From assembly GCA_902795355.1 (NCBI GenBank), contig CADBKZ010000003.1:37516-101515 (forward strand): a stretch of DNA of 64,000 bases, in the 5' to 3' direction. Both the position numbers and the translations under genes were made by a program. The notes beneath the pieces are model-generated. The model was not told the DNA's origin, did no database searches, and worked only from the letters and a program-made list of their open reading frames with translations. Shown one piece after another: positions 20,286 through 30,478 of this stretch. Numbering within the stretch: the stretch's first letter is position 1; every line of letters starts with the position of its first letter. The DNA comes from an uncultured Ruminococcus sp. (GTDB lineage Bacteria; Bacillota; Clostridia; Oscillospirales; CAG-272).

Positions 20286-20752
20286 TAGGAAGAGAGGGCG
20301 ATGTAGTACACCGCGCCGTTCTCAACGGTCATGGAAGAGGCGCCGAGGCCGGACGTTACCACCTTGGTTCCCTTGTATTCCTTTTCGGTTTTGTATTCCG
20401 AAACGTCAAAGTCCTTCTCCACGGAGGTCATCAGCAGGATAAAGCCGTTGCTCACCGCGGTGGCATCCAGCGAGAGAACTTTGGTCAGGTAAGCTCCGTA
20501 GGTACTGTCTACCATTTCGTAGGTAAAGTCTTTTTCATTCTCTTTCAGGTATTCAAGAATGGAAACCAAGCCTTGATCGACCGTTACTTTATCCAGATCG
20601 ACCTTATACTCGGTTGCGGGATCGGTTGCTACAACCACGGTGCAGTAGCCGTTGACGTTCTGCGTTTTCTTGCAGGACGCGAACGGGATTACCACCATGC
20701 AGAGAACGAGGATCAGGGTGAGCAGTCTTGCAGTGTTTTTCGTGCGTTTCAT
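20282..20752 (-). CDS. Lipoprotein, DUF4430/transcobalamin-like
   Basis: Lipobox FASC, STYGAYLTKV, GASSMTV; first gene after the riboswitch. Confidence 0.65.
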   Translation of the reverse strand: MKRTKNTARLLTLILVLCMVVIPFASCKKTQNVNGYCTVVVATDPATEYKVDLDKVTVDQGLVSILEYLKENEKDFTYEMVDSTYGAYLTKVLSLDATAVSNGFILLMTSVEKDFDVSEYKTEKEYKGTKVVTSGLGASSMTVENGAVYYIALSSY

Positions 20753-20802
20753 GTTGTTTCTCCTTGCTTTTTCGGGAAATTTATCGTAACTCCGAACACA
20801 AG

Positions 20803-20839
20803 GAAAAAACCTCTTTCAAAACGCCGTTTCGAAAGAGGG
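20803..20839 (-). terminator. Riboswitch expression-platform terminator
   Basis: CCTCTTTC...GAAAGAGG stem followed by TTTTTT on the minus strand. Confidence 0.65.
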
Positions 20840-20930
20840 GGACGCCGAAAAAGCAGACCCCTGCCCTGCGGGTTCCGCGATTCGCACGACCTGTATCCCC
20901 CTATTGTCCGGAAATACCGATCCAACCAAA

Positions 20931-21081
20931 CAACACGGCAGGTCTTCCGACTTGCGGCGCGCCCGCGCGCCTGATCCGCCCCCTTTGCGGGTCGGATTTT
21001 CTTACGGTAATGACTGTTGCCTCGGCTTTGCACCGAAATTTCCCTGTTGATCAGCCGGCGATCTTTGCTGAACCCGTGTTG
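20931..21081 (-). promoter_or_regulatory. Cobalamin riboswitch
   Basis: Minus strand AACAGGGAA..CGGTGCAAAGCCG..ACCGTAA..AAGTCGGAAGACCTGCC (B12 box); P1 CAACACGG/CCGTGTTG. Confidence 0.9.
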
Positions 21082-21158
21082 CCTATGAAATTGTTACTTC
21101 TATCTTACCACATTTTCCCCGAAATAGCAAGAGTTTCGGGGAAAATATTCGAAAAAAA

Positions 21159-21551
21159 TCAGAAAAGGACGGTTTTCGGCGCGGCCGTGAAGGACGCAAC
21201 GGTCACTTTTCCGCTTTCCAGCGCGAAAATTTCGGTGTTGCCGTCGCCCGCCCGATACATGGCTTTCAGCTCGGGGTAGGCATTCAGCATATGCTCCTGC
21301 GCCGCAACGCGGGGATCCTCTTTGGCAACGGCTTCCACGCGGATCCACTCCGCGCCGTTGAACGCGCAGATCTCAATTTTTGGGTTGGCATGGATCTGAC
21401 GGGAGACCTCTTTTGATTTGCCCGTTTGAATCGTCAATTTGCCGTCGAACAGGTCGATGGTTCCGAACGGGCGGACGCGCGGTTGGTCTCCGTCCGCCGT
21501 TGCAAGGTAGTACGCCCCGCATTTTTTGAGAAATTCATAGATTTCGTTCAT
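21159..21551 (-). CDS. Pyridoxamine 5'-phosphate oxidase-like / NimC-NimA family protein
   Basis: YYLATADGDQPRVRPFG...NPKIEIC...WIR. Confidence 0.85.
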   Translation of the reverse strand: MNEIYEFLKKCGAYYLATADGDQPRVRPFGTIDLFDGKLTIQTGKSKEVSRQIHANPKIEICAFNGAEWIRVEAVAKEDPRVAAQEHMLNAYPELKAMYRAGDGNTEIFALESGKVTVASFTAAPKTVLF

Positions 21552-21565
21552 ATCCGTCTCTCCTT

Positions 21566-22573
21566 TTATGAATATTTTTCGGGAAATACCGCGCGAGCCG
21601 CGGCAACGCCTGAATCGGTCGGGTGAAATTCGGCCGCGCGGGCAGCGTCCGCGGCAATTTGCTCACGCAGCGCGCTCTCCGATGGGAACGACCGCTCGGG
21701 CCGCAGAAAGTTCAGGAACGCCACGCGCACGGTTTTGCCGTACAGGTCGCCCCCGTACCCCAAAAGATAGGTTTCGCAGTTTGCGGGGGTTTCGGGAGAA
21801 TCCACGGTTGGGTGAACGCCAACGTTCGTTACGCCGCGGTAAACGCTGCCGTCCACGGTGCAATCGGTGATGTAAACGCCGAAACGGGGGATCACCGCGC
21901 GCGGGGGAAAATTCAGATTGGCGGTCGGAAACCCGAGCTTGCGGCCAAGCTCCTTTCCGTGCCGTACCTCTCCCGAGACGGCATACGGCCGGCCGAGCAG
22001 GCGCGCGGCGTCCCGCGGTCGTCCTTCCGCCAAAGCCGCGCGGACGCGCGTGGAGCTGACGGGCTCTTCCCCGTCCATTACGGCGGGGCAAACGGTTACG
22101 GGCGCGCCGAGAAGCTCCCGAAGCGTTTCCGCCGTTCCGGCGGCCCCGTTTCCAAACCGATAGTTAAACCCGCAAACCGCGCCCACGCACCCGCACGCGC
22201 CCCGCAGCACGCGGCGGACGAAATCCTCGGGCGACCACGAACGGATCGAGGCAAAATCGGCAAGCAACACGACTTCCGCCCCCGCCTCGGCAAACAACTC
22301 CATCCGCTCCTCGGGGGTGGTCAGGTGGGCGGGCGGGTCCGGAAGCAGAACATCGGCGGAAAGCTCGCGGAAGCAGAACACGCCGCAGACCGCGGTTGGG
22401 AAACAACGGTTGCGCAGGGCGGCCGCCTCGGCGATCAACGCCCGATGCCCGCGGTGAACGCCGTCGAAATTCCCGAGGCACAGAACCGTTTCCCGCGGAA
22501 CGGGAACGGTTTGCCCCGTTGCAAGCGAAACGCAGGATAATATCGGCGTTTGCAGGGTCGGTTCATTCCGCAT
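21566..22573 (-). CDS. ribF: Bifunctional riboflavin kinase / FAD synthetase
   Basis: LGNFDGVHRGH, GFNYRFG, VSSTRVR, GFPTAN, LRPE. Confidence 0.95.
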   Translation of the reverse strand: MRNEPTLQTPILSCVSLATGQTVPVPRETVLCLGNFDGVHRGHRALIAEAAALRNRCFPTAVCGVFCFRELSADVLLPDPPAHLTTPEERMELFAEAGAEVVLLADFASIRSWSPEDFVRRVLRGACGCVGAVCGFNYRFGNGAAGTAETLRELLGAPVTVCPAVMDGEEPVSSTRVRAALAEGRPRDAARLLGRPYAVSGEVRHGKELGRKLGFPTANLNFPPRAVIPRFGVYITDCTVDGSVYRGVTNVGVHPTVDSPETPANCETYLLGYGGDLYGKTVRVAFLNFLRPERSFPSESALREQIAADAARAAEFHPTDSGVAAARAVFPEKYS

Positions 22574-22601
22574 TGCAAATGCTCCTTTCAGCAGAAAAAA
22601 A

Positions 22602-23285
22602 TCAGGAATCGCGCGCGATTCGGAGAAGTTCATCCTTTTGCTCTTGGGAAATACGAAAGCTCTCGCGGGCTTTTCGGATTGCCATGGCTTTGACGACGGG
22701 ATCAAGGCGGTTTTCGCGCAAGTACGGCAGAATCGCTTGATACCGTTTTGCCAACGCCGTTGCGAAATACCACGCGACCATCATGCGGATGTAGTACTCC
22801 TCGGTTTGAATCGCCGCCAATCGGGCGAGATCGTCGGGCGAAAATTCATCGTCCAGAAACTCGTTCATCAGCATTCGGATGGCAAACCGGACGGCGTAAA
22901 CGTGGGGCGAGGCAAGCCAGCGGTCAATCTCCCGCCGCAATTCGGAACGGTGGCGGCGGAAACACTTGGGCGACATGGAATCGCAGGTCCCCCAATTATC
23001 CACATACGGCAGAAATCGGTCCAATTCCGCAACCGTGGCGTTATAATCCCCGATCCGCTCGATCAGAAATGCATGCAGGTTGTTTTCCTCGTAGTATCGG
23101 TGCGGCAGTTCGGCAAGAAAAACCGCGGCCTGCGGGCTTCCGGCAATTTCTTTCGCGATGGCGCGCAACCTCGGTGTGCGAACGCCGATAACCGTTTCGG
23201 GGTTCACGGTTGGCAACAGGCGACTGTTGAACGCGCGGTAGGAAAGATCCTGTTCGGCGAACAGACGCGTTTGCAGGTCGGTCAT
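22602..23285 (-). CDS. DNA alkylation repair protein (AlkD-like)
   Basis: IGVRTP, VDNWGTCD, YYIRMMVAWY. Confidence 0.88.
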   Translation of the reverse strand: MTDLQTRLFAEQDLSYRAFNSRLLPTVNPETVIGVRTPRLRAIAKEIAGSPQAAVFLAELPHRYYEENNLHAFLIERIGDYNATVAELDRFLPYVDNWGTCDSMSPKCFRRHRSELRREIDRWLASPHVYAVRFAIRMLMNEFLDDEFSPDDLARLAAIQTEEYYIRMMVAWYFATALAKRYQAILPYLRENRLDPVVKAMAIRKARESFRISQEQKDELLRIARDS

Positions 23286-23686
23286 AAAGGCAATCCCTCC
23301 GTTCGGATGCGTTCCAGAACGTTCTCATCCGCGGGGCAAAACGCAAACCCGGAAATATCGGTTGGCGTGACCCATTGCAGATCGTTGTGTTCAAGCAATT
23401 GCGGGACCCCTTCTTGGATCTCGGCACGGTAAATCGAAAGACGGACGGTCAGATCGGGATATGAATGAACCACTTCCATATACTGTTCCCCGACAGCAAC
23501 GATGACGCCCAGCTCTTCCCGACACTCGCGCACAAGCGCTTCCTGCGGTGTTTCGCCCGTTTCCACCTTGCCGCCCACAAACTCCCAAAGCAGTCCGCGC
23601 GCTTTTTTTGCCGGACGTTGACAAATCAGCATTTCGGTTTTTTCGGCATTCCGCCGCAGGATCAACGCCGCAACAACGTTTATCAT
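23282..23686 (-). CDS. MutT/NUDIX hydrolase
   Basis: Nudix box GGKVETGETPQEALVRECREELG. Confidence 0.92.
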   Translation of the reverse strand: MINVVAALILRRNAEKTEMLICQRPAKKARGLLWEFVGGKVETGETPQEALVRECREELGVIVAVGEQYMEVVHSYPDLTVRLSIYRAEIQEGVPQLLEHNDLQWVTPTDISGFAFCPADENVLERIRTEGLPL

Positions 23687-23865
23687 TCGATCGGATCCGT
23701 TCCTTCCGTTAAAATTACAGTTTATTTTACCATAATTCATTCCAAAAAGCAAGTCTTTCCGAAAAAATGGTAAAAAAGCTTGACAAAATCGATAAAAAAT
23801 AATATAATAAAATATACGTTGATCGAAACGTATGATAATTTAATTCCCCAAAAGGAGAATGAAAC

Positions 23866-24219
23866 ATGAAAACTCTTGGCAACATCATTTGGTTTATTTT
23901 GGTTGGTTTGGCTTCGGGAATCGGTTGGTTTTTGCTCGGCGTGCTATGGTGTATCACCATTATCGGGATTCCGTTTGGAAAACAATGCTTTAAAATTGCC
24001 AAGTTGACCTTTCTTCCGTTTGGAAAAGTTGTTAAATCCGATTTTGGAAAGCACCCCATTGCCAACATCATTTGGATCCTTTTCGGTGGATTGGAATTGG
24101 CCGTTGGCTATTTGCTCGCTGCTCTTCTCTTCTGCATTACAATTATCGGAATCCCGTTTGGAAAGCAATGCTTCAAATTTGCAACGCTTGCAATTGCTCC
24201 TTTCGGCGCAAAAGTCTGA
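23866..24219 (+). CDS. YccF-domain inner membrane protein
   Basis: Duplicated NIIW...CITIIGIPFGKQCFK...PFG. Confidence 0.92.
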   Translation: MKTLGNIIWFILVGLASGIGWFLLGVLWCITIIGIPFGKQCFKIAKLTFLPFGKVVKSDFGKHPIANIIWILFGGLELAVGYLLAALLFCITIIGIPFGKQCFKFATLAIAPFGAKV

Positions 24220-24233
24220 TTTTTAAAAAACGC

Positions 24234-24267
24234 AAAAAATACCAACCGTTTTCGGTTGGTATTTTTT
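24234..24267. terminator. Bidirectional terminator
   Basis: AAAAAATACCAACCG-TTTT-CGGTTGGTATTTTTT. Confidence 0.9.
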
Positions 24268-24310
24268 CTTGCAATCGGTATTTCTCAACGGGAGATTTTG
24301 CGTACTGTTA

Positions 24311-25333
24311 TTACCGCATGACCAAGTCCCCATCGTCGGGCAACGCGAACGGCAGGGATTTCGGCTCGGCTTGATACCAATATGCAACGGTGGTGTAATC
24401 ATCGTATCGCGGCCCCGTCCATCCAAGATTATCCATTACCATTCTGAACGACCGATGAAAATATATGGGGTCTTTTTCATGCCACCGATACAGCAAAAAA
24501 CGCTTTTGACTGTTATACTGTTCTTCCAGATTACCGTATATTGTATACATTCCGACATACAATCCGGAAAAGGTTTGATATTTTTTTCGGTAAACATCAT
24601 TCCCGAACGCATAGGAGCCGCAAAAATAGTCCTCTGTTCCCGTGTAGTTCAAGGTTGGATAAACATCGCCGTCCAGATAGATTTTGGCCTCGCCCTCTAC
24701 CCAGCAGGTATTGTTTCCGTTCACACCGACAGCCATGGTGAGACCGACAAAACGGCCCGTGCCATCCACACCGTCCAATACAACATACGAGCGCCCTTTG
24801 CAAACGGGATGCTCCTGCCGATAAACCGCATGGAAATAACCGCTGTTTTGCGGAATTTCCCCATGCCACCCCGATATCATATAAAACAGCGAATTTGTTT
24901 TTTCACTTCGGTTCTCCACCGTGATCCGACAATGCTTTTGGAAAGGCATTTCAAAATAGCTGTTATAGCCGCGCCCAGGAGCAACCAGGATCCGCGAAGA
25001 ATTCAATGTCGGATAATTGCCGTCCTCATCCACAAAATTTTCATCATACGCGCATCCGAAAAACGCGGACAGCGGTGCCTCCACGGACGGTTCCGCACTA
25101 TTATCCCAATAGATCCGAAGAATAAAGGAATGCCCGATATATCCCGTAAACCACATGTGCGTGATCATTCCGGGGCCATCGATGTTGCAAAGCTCTGCTG
25201 TTGCATACGGCTCAATGCGGATCCGCGGATTTAATTTTTCGCAATCTTTTCCCTTTGAACCACCGTTTGGCATCCCTGTCGGATTCTCCGCGGAAAACGC
25301 AAAAGACGTTCGATCTGACCGAATCAAATACAT
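24311..25333 (-). CDS. DUF2961 / GH172-family glycoside hydrolase
   Basis: SAENPTG, GPGMITHMW, WVEGE, TGTEDYF, YRWHEKDPI, AYWYQ. Confidence 0.85.
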   Translation of the reverse strand: MYLIRSDRTSFAFSAENPTGMPNGGSKGKDCEKLNPRIRIEPYATAELCNIDGPGMITHMWFTGYIGHSFILRIYWDNSAEPSVEAPLSAFFGCAYDENFVDEDGNYPTLNSSRILVAPGRGYNSYFEMPFQKHCRITVENRSEKTNSLFYMISGWHGEIPQNSGYFHAVYRQEHPVCKGRSYVVLDGVDGTGRFVGLTMAVGVNGNNTCWVEGEAKIYLDGDVYPTLNYTGTEDYFCGSYAFGNDVYRKKYQTFSGLYVGMYTIYGNLEEQYNSQKRFLLYRWHEKDPIYFHRSFRMVMDNLGWTGPRYDDYTTVAYWYQAEPKSLPFALPDDGDLVMR

Positions 25334-25375
25334 TTTCGACACCTCTCAATTCCATGGTTAACATACTTGAACACA

Positions 25376-25407
25376 AAGAACCGCTGAAACAAATGAATCA
25401 GCGGTTC
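25376..25407 (-). terminator. Terminator of the ribosomal/alpha operon
   Basis: GAACCGCTGA/TCAGCGGTTC stem with a T tract on the minus strand. Confidence 0.6.
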
Positions 25408-25456
25408 CTTGGCATCGAACGCGAGAATCCACTGTTCGATCGTCATGCTTGGAAAA

Positions 25457-26050
25457 TCAATCCTGTTTTTCCTCAGCGGGAGCTTCCTCTGCTTTGGGCG
25501 CTTCCTCTGCTTTGGGCGCGGCCTTGCGCGTGGTGGTTCTCTTTTTGGGAGCCGCCTTTTCCTCGGTCGCTTCTTCGGCTTTCGGAGCCGCTTTCTTTGC
25601 GGCCGGCTTCTTCTCCCCTGCGGGAGCCGACGCTTTCTTTGCCGCGGGCTTCTTGGCGGCGGGTTTCTCCTCCGCTTTCGGAGCCTCTTTCACGGCTGCG
25701 GCGTCCTTCTCGATCAAACGGACGATGGCCATTTCGGCGGCGTCGCCGCGGCGTGCGCCGATCTTGAAGATCTGCGTATATCCGCCGTTGCGGTTTGCAT
25801 ACCCCGGGGCGATCTCGTTGAACAGTTTGCTAACGACATCCTCTTTGGTGATATATGCAAGCGCCGCGCGGCGGCTGGCAAGCGTATTCTTCTTGCCGAG
25901 CGTGATCATTTTTTCCGCCATAGAACGGACCTCTTTCGCTCTGGTGAGCGTGGTTTCGATCTGTCCGTTTTCCAGCAGCAGCGTTACCATGCCGCGCAGC
26001 ATCGCAACGCGGTGCGCGGTCGGTCTGCCGAGTTTTCTTCTTCCGGGCAT
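25457..26050 (-). CDS. rplQ: 50S ribosomal protein L17 with an Ala/Lys/Glu-rich tail
   Basis: RKLGR...TTLTRAKE...RNGGYT...RRGDAA. Confidence 0.97.
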   Translation of the reverse strand: MPGRRKLGRPTAHRVAMLRGMVTLLLENGQIETTLTRAKEVRSMAEKMITLGKKNTLASRRAALAYITKEDVVSKLFNEIAPGYANRNGGYTQIFKIGARRGDAAEMAIVRLIEKDAAAVKEAPKAEEKPAAKKPAAKKASAPAGEKKPAAKKAAPKAEEATEEKAAPKKRTTTRKAAPKAEEAPKAEEAPAEEKQD

Positions 26051-26111
26051 TTTGAATCCCTCCTTCTGCTATTTACGAATAAGTTAAAATGCGATTTGGA
26101 TGTTGGGAGAA

Positions 26112-27092
26112 TTACTCCTCTTCTCTCTTGAGGTCGAGCCCCAACGAATGGAGCTTTGCGATAACCTCTTCCAGAGACTTTTTGCCGAGGTTGCGCACTT
26201 TGATCATGTCTTCCTCGGTACGGTTGATCAGGTCTTCCACCGTGTCAATGCCCGCGCGCTTCAAGCAATTGAAAGAACGCACCGACATGTCAAGTTCCTC
26301 AATGGTCATCTCAAGGACCCGTTCTCTCTGGGTCTCCTGTCTTTCAACCATAACTCTCTGCCCCTTCGTCTCCTCGGAAAGGTTGATGAAGAGGTTGAGA
26401 TGCTCGTTGAGAATCTTGGCCCCAAGCGAAACCGCGTCCCTTGCGGAAATGGTTCCGTTGGTGAGCACTTCAAGCGTCAGTTTATCGTAGTCCGTAATGT
26501 TACCGACGCGGGTGTTATCCACCGAATACTTCACGTTATAAACCGGCGTGAAGATGGAATCGGTATAAATGGTTCCGATGGGTGCGGAAGTTCCGCCGCC
26601 CAACGCCGCGCTATGCAACAGCTTGTTTCTCTCCTGCGAAACATATCCGCGACCGGAAGAGAAGGTCAGTTCCATATAAAAGCGGTCGTTCTCCCCAACC
26701 GTTGCAATGTGATGCTCGGGGTTGAGAATTTCAATGTCGGAATCCGTTTTGATGTCTCCCGCAGTGACGTCGCGTTCGCCCGTAACGTCGATTACAACCG
26801 TTTTGGGGCCTTGCACGAAAAGTTTCGCCGTAATGCCCTTCACGTTCAGAACGATTTCGGTAACGTCCTCTTTGACCCCGGGAATGGTGGAAAATTCATG
26901 CAGAACACCGTCGATCTTGATGCTGGTAACGGCAACGCCGGGAAGCGAGCTTAAAAGCACGCGGCGCAGGGAGTTGCCAATGGTGGTGCCGTATCCGCGT
27001 TCCAGCGGTTCCAGCACGAAAATACCGTGCGTTTGGTTATCATCCAAATCCTGTGCGGTGATTATCGGCTTTTCAATTTCTATCTCGTTCAT
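26112..27092 (-). CDS. rpoA: RNA polymerase alpha subunit
   Basis: [31 protein letters not shown]. Confidence 0.99.
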   Translation of the reverse strand: MNEIEIEKPIITAQDLDDNQTHGIFVLEPLERGYGTTIGNSLRRVLLSSLPGVAVTSIKIDGVLHEFSTIPGVKEDVTEIVLNVKGITAKLFVQGPKTVVIDVTGERDVTAGDIKTDSDIEILNPEHHIATVGENDRFYMELTFSSGRGYVSQERNKLLHSAALGGGTSAPIGTIYTDSIFTPVYNVKYSVDNTRVGNITDYDKLTLEVLTNGTISARDAVSLGAKILNEHLNLFINLSEETKGQRVMVERQETQRERVLEMTIEELDMSVRSFNCLKRAGIDTVEDLINRTEEDMIKVRNLGKKSLEEVIAKLHSLGLDLKREEE

Positions 27093-27186
27093 TCCAAATA
27101 TAACCTCCTTAAATTGATTTTTGGATCAGGCTGCGTTGTTCGATGCGGTCGGTTTCCAAGTACCTGCCGTATCGGGGGCGCGGGGA

Positions 27187-27813
27187 TTACTTGGAATAAA
27201 GTTCGACGATCAGCTGTTCGTTGAAATCAAAGTCCACATCTTCTCTTGCGGGCAGGCTTACAACCTTTGCGCAGAACGCGTCGGCCTTTACATCGAGCCA
27301 CTTCGGAGCGGTATGGGTTGCGGCAGCTTCCGCCAGATCCTTGAATTTCGCGGACGAACGGCTGGATTCCTTAACGGCGATCTCATCTCCCGCTTTGACG
27401 ATGAACGAGGGAATATTGACCTTTTTGCCGTTGACGGTGAAATGTCCGTGCAAAACGAGCTGACGCGCTTCCTTATGCGAAGAAGCAAAGCCCATTCTGT
27501 AAACCACGTTGTCGAGACGTCTCTCCAACAGGCAGATCAAGTTTTCGCCGGTCATGCCCTCTTTGCGGTCGGCTTCCTCGAAATAGTTAACGAACTGTCT
27601 CTCCAACACGCCGTAGTAGCGTCTGGTTTTTTGCTTCTCGCGAAGCTGCATGCCGTACTCTCTTACCTTTTTGTTCGCAGCTCCATGCTGACCGGGAGCG
27701 GCGCTTCTGCGATCAAGCGCGCATTTGCCGCTTGTGCAGCGGTCGCCTTTCAGGAACAGCTTTGTGCCCTCTCTGCGGCACAATCTGCAAACGGGACCTG
27801 TATATCTTGCCAT
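27187..27813 (-). CDS. rpsD: 30S ribosomal protein S4
   Basis: [16 protein letters not shown]...LIVELYSK. Confidence 0.98.
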   Translation of the reverse strand: MARYTGPVCRLCRREGTKLFLKGDRCTSGKCALDRRSAAPGQHGAANKKVREYGMQLREKQKTRRYYGVLERQFVNYFEEADRKEGMTGENLICLLERRLDNVVYRMGFASSHKEARQLVLHGHFTVNGKKVNIPSFIVKAGDEIAVKESSRSSAKFKDLAEAAATHTAPKWLDVKADAFCAKVVSLPAREDVDFDFNEQLIVELYSK

Positions 27814-27836
27814 GTTTCTTTTACCTCCACCAAATA

Positions 27837-28238
27837 TTAAACACGTCTGCGCTTCGGCGGTCTGCAACCGTTGTGCGGGATGGGCGTTACGTCCTTGATG
27901 AGCGTGATCTGAAGTCCGACGGTTTCCAGCGCGCGGATCGCGGATTCGCGGCCTGCCCCGGGACCTTTGACATACACTTCAACGGTTTTGAGCCCATGCT
28001 CCATCGCCGCCTTCGCGGCCGTTTCGGAAGCGGATTGCGCCGCATACGGGGTGGACTTTCTGGAACCCTTGAAGCCAAGCTCTCCGGCAGACGCCCAAGA
28101 AATTGCGTTGCCCTCGACATCGGAAATGGTGACGATCGTGTTATTGAAGGTTGATTGAATATGAACCGCGCCTTTTTCGATGTTCTTTCTCTCGCGGCGC
28201 TTCTTAACGACCTTCTTGGTTGTTGCTGCTTTTGCCAT
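27837..28238 (-). CDS. rpsK: 30S ribosomal protein S11
   Basis: STFNNT...[13 protein letters not shown]. Confidence 0.99.
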   Translation of the reverse strand: MAKAATTKKVVKKRRERKNIEKGAVHIQSTFNNTIVTISDVEGNAISWASAGELGFKGSRKSTPYAAQSASETAAKAAMEHGLKTVEVYVKGPGAGRESAIRALETVGLQITLIKDVTPIPHNGCRPPKRRRV

Positions 28239-28255
28239 GTTCGTTTACCACTCCT

Positions 28256-28624
28256 TTACTTCTTCTTGTTTGCAATGGTCTTTGCGGGACCTTTGCGGGT
28301 TCTTGCATTCGTTTTGGTTCTCTGCCCTCTCACGGGAAGTCCCTTTCTGTGGCGGATGCCGCGATAGCAGTTGATCTCCACCATTCTCTTGATGTTCATT
28401 GCAACATCGCGGCGAAGGTCGCCCTCAACGGTGTAAGAATTTTCGATCTCGTCACGAAGTTTCGCAACCTCGTCCTCGGTCAGATCCTTTGCGCGGGTAT
28501 CGGGATTGATACCGGTTTTCGCAAGGATGTCGTTCGCGCTCTTCCGCCCGATGCCGTAAATATAGGTAAGGGCGATCTCAACGCGCTTGTTGTTGGGAAT
28601 ATCAACACCAGCAATACGAGCCAT
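28256..28624 (-). CDS. rpsM: 30S ribosomal protein S13
   Basis: MARIAGVD...[18 protein letters not shown]. Confidence 0.99.
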   Translation of the reverse strand: MARIAGVDIPNNKRVEIALTYIYGIGRKSANDILAKTGINPDTRAKDLTEDEVAKLRDEIENSYTVEGDLRRDVAMNIKRMVEINCYRGIRHRKGLPVRGQRTKTNARTRKGPAKTIANKKK

Positions 28625-28671
28625 TCTTTTTATTCACCTCTCTGTTGAATTTTCGCTCTGCAACGGTTTGC

Positions 28672-28785
28672 TCAACCCTGTCTCTGCTTATGCTTGGGGT
28701 TTTCGCAGATGACCATTACTTTGCCTTTTCTTTTGATGATCTTGCATTTCTCGCAGATCTTCTTTACGGATGGTTTCACTTTCAT
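28672..28785 (-). CDS. rpmJ: 50S ribosomal protein L36
   Basis: Hand translation [37 protein letters not shown] (below the ORF-track cutoff). Confidence 0.97.
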   Translation of the reverse strand: MKVKPSVKKICEKCKIIKRKGKVMVICENPKHKQRQG

Positions 28786-28811
28786 TGTGTCGTTACCATT
28801 CCTTTCATGCG

Positions 28812-29033
28812 TTATTTTGCCCGCCACGTGATGCGCCCTTTGGTCAGGTCGTAAACCGAAACCTCAACCGTTACGCGATCCCCGGGCAGGATTCTGATAT
28901 AGTTCATTCGGAGCTTTCCCGAAATGTGGGCGTTTACCATATGCCCGTTCGGGAGCTTGACTTTGAAGTTGGCGTTGGGGAGCGCCTCAACCACCGTTCC
29001 TTCAAACTCGATTACATCATCTTTTTGAGCCAG
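28812..29033 (-). CDS. infA: Translation initiation factor IF-1 (probable CTG start)
   Basis: [18 protein letters not shown]; GGAGGG 7 nt upstream of CTG. Confidence 0.95.
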   Translation of the reverse strand: MAQKDDVIEFEGTVVEALPNANFKVKLPNGHMVNAHISGKLRMNYIRILPGDRVTVEVSVYDLTKGRITWRAK

Positions 29034-29055
29034 AATAATCCCCTCCAATCTCCAT

Positions 29056-29817
29056 TCAGAAGTCTTTTTCCACTTGCGTCAGGATCAGAACCCCGTTGCT
29101 GGTAAGAGCAATCGTGTTCTCGTAGTGCGCCGAAAGGCTTCCGTCCGCGGTTTTCACCGTCCAGCCGTCCGCCATCTCCCGCACATCCTCTCTGCCGGCA
29201 TTCACCATTGGTTCAATGGCAATGGTCATTCCCGCGCAGAGCCGCGTTCCTCTTCCCGCCGTTCCGTAGTTCGGAACATCGGGCGATTCGTGCATCACCT
29301 CTCCGACCCCGTGGCCGACATACCGTTTCACCGTGGTGAACCCGTTTGCAACCACCAGACCGTTTATCGCGGCGCCGATGTCGCCGATGCGGTTTCCGAC
29401 CTTGACCTGCTCCACGCCTTTGAAGAAGCTTTCGCGGGTCACGTCAATCAGTTTTTGCGCCTCGCTGCTGATCTTCCCGACGGGAATGGTCCTCGCCGAG
29501 TCGCCCACATACCCATGGTAGGTGGCGCCGGTGTCGATTTTTACGATGTCGCCCTCTTTCAACACCCGCTTTTTGGACGGAATCCCGTGGATCACTTCAT
29601 CGTTGACGCTGATACATGCGCTTGCGGGAAAGCCGCCGTACCCGAGAAATGTGGGTTTTGCCCCGCATTTCTCGATATACCGGCGAATAGCCTCGTCGAT
29701 CTCAAAGGTCGTGACCCCCGCGCGCACCATATCGCGGGCAAGCAGGAGCGCTTCTCCCGTGATACGGCCGGCGTCCTTCATTGCCGTGATCTGCGCGGAA
29801 TTTTTCAAGTGGATCAT
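29056..29817 (-). CDS. map: Methionine aminopeptidase
   Basis: [30 protein letters not shown]. Confidence 0.97.
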   Translation of the reverse strand: MIHLKNSAQITAMKDAGRITGEALLLARDMVRAGVTTFEIDEAIRRYIEKCGAKPTFLGYGGFPASACISVNDEVIHGIPSKKRVLKEGDIVKIDTGATYHGYVGDSARTIPVGKISSEAQKLIDVTRESFFKGVEQVKVGNRIGDIGAAINGLVVANGFTTVKRYVGHGVGEVMHESPDVPNYGTAGRGTRLCAGMTIAIEPMVNAGREDVREMADGWTVKTADGSLSAHYENTIALTSNGVLILTQVEKDF

Positions 29818-30458
29818 TGGTTCGCCTCATAAGGACGAAGCGCCTCAAACACGAGACGGGTCGTGTCTGCAACTTCTTCCTGTCCCTGCACCGTTACCAA
29901 GTTGCCTTTTTGAGCGTAATACTCTTTCAAAGGTTCGGTTTGCGCATGGAAGGTTTCCAGCCTTTTCTGAACGGTCTCCGCGGCATCGTCCGCACGCACG
30001 TAAAGCGTTTGGCCGCATTTGTCGCACACGCCCTCAACCTTGGGGGTTTTGTAGACCACATGGTAGGATGCGCCGCAGGAGCAAACTCTGCGCCCGCTCA
30101 TGCGTTCGACGATCTTTTCATCCGGAACCTCAATGGAAAGCACAACGTCGATCTTCACTCCCATTGCGTCCAACGCTTCCGCTTGCGGAATGGAGCGCGG
30201 GAACCCGTCGAGAATGAAACCGTTGCGGCACGCGTCGGATTTCAGATATTCCTTGATGATCCCGATAACAACCTCGTCCGGAACAAGCTTGCCCGCGTCG
30301 ATATACGACTTGGCGGCCTTGCCCAACTCGGTTCCGTTCTTCATTGCCCCGCGGAGAATATCTCCCGTTGCAATTGCCGGAATGTTGTATTTCTCGGAAA
30401 TGTTCGCGGATTGGGTACCTTTCCCCGCTCCAGGGGCTCCCAGCAAAATAAGATTCAT
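29814..30458 (-). CDS. adk: Adenylate kinase
   Basis: [15 protein letters not shown], Cys-containing lid. Confidence 0.98.
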   Translation of the reverse strand: MNLILLGAPGAGKGTQSANISEKYNIPAIATGDILRGAMKNGTELGKAAKSYIDAGKLVPDEVVIGIIKEYLKSDACRNGFILDGFPRSIPQAEALDAMGVKIDVVLSIEVPDEKIVERMSGRRVCSCGASYHVVYKTPKVEGVCDKCGQTLYVRADDAAETVQKRLETFHAQTEPLKEYYAQKGNLVTVQGQEEVADTTRLVFEALRPYEANQ

Positions 30459-30478
30459 AATCGGTATCCTTTCTGCGA

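Noticed and set aside
23866-24219. Internal direct repeat as CRISPR or mobile repeat
   Set aside because: It is the normal domain duplication of YccF proteins.
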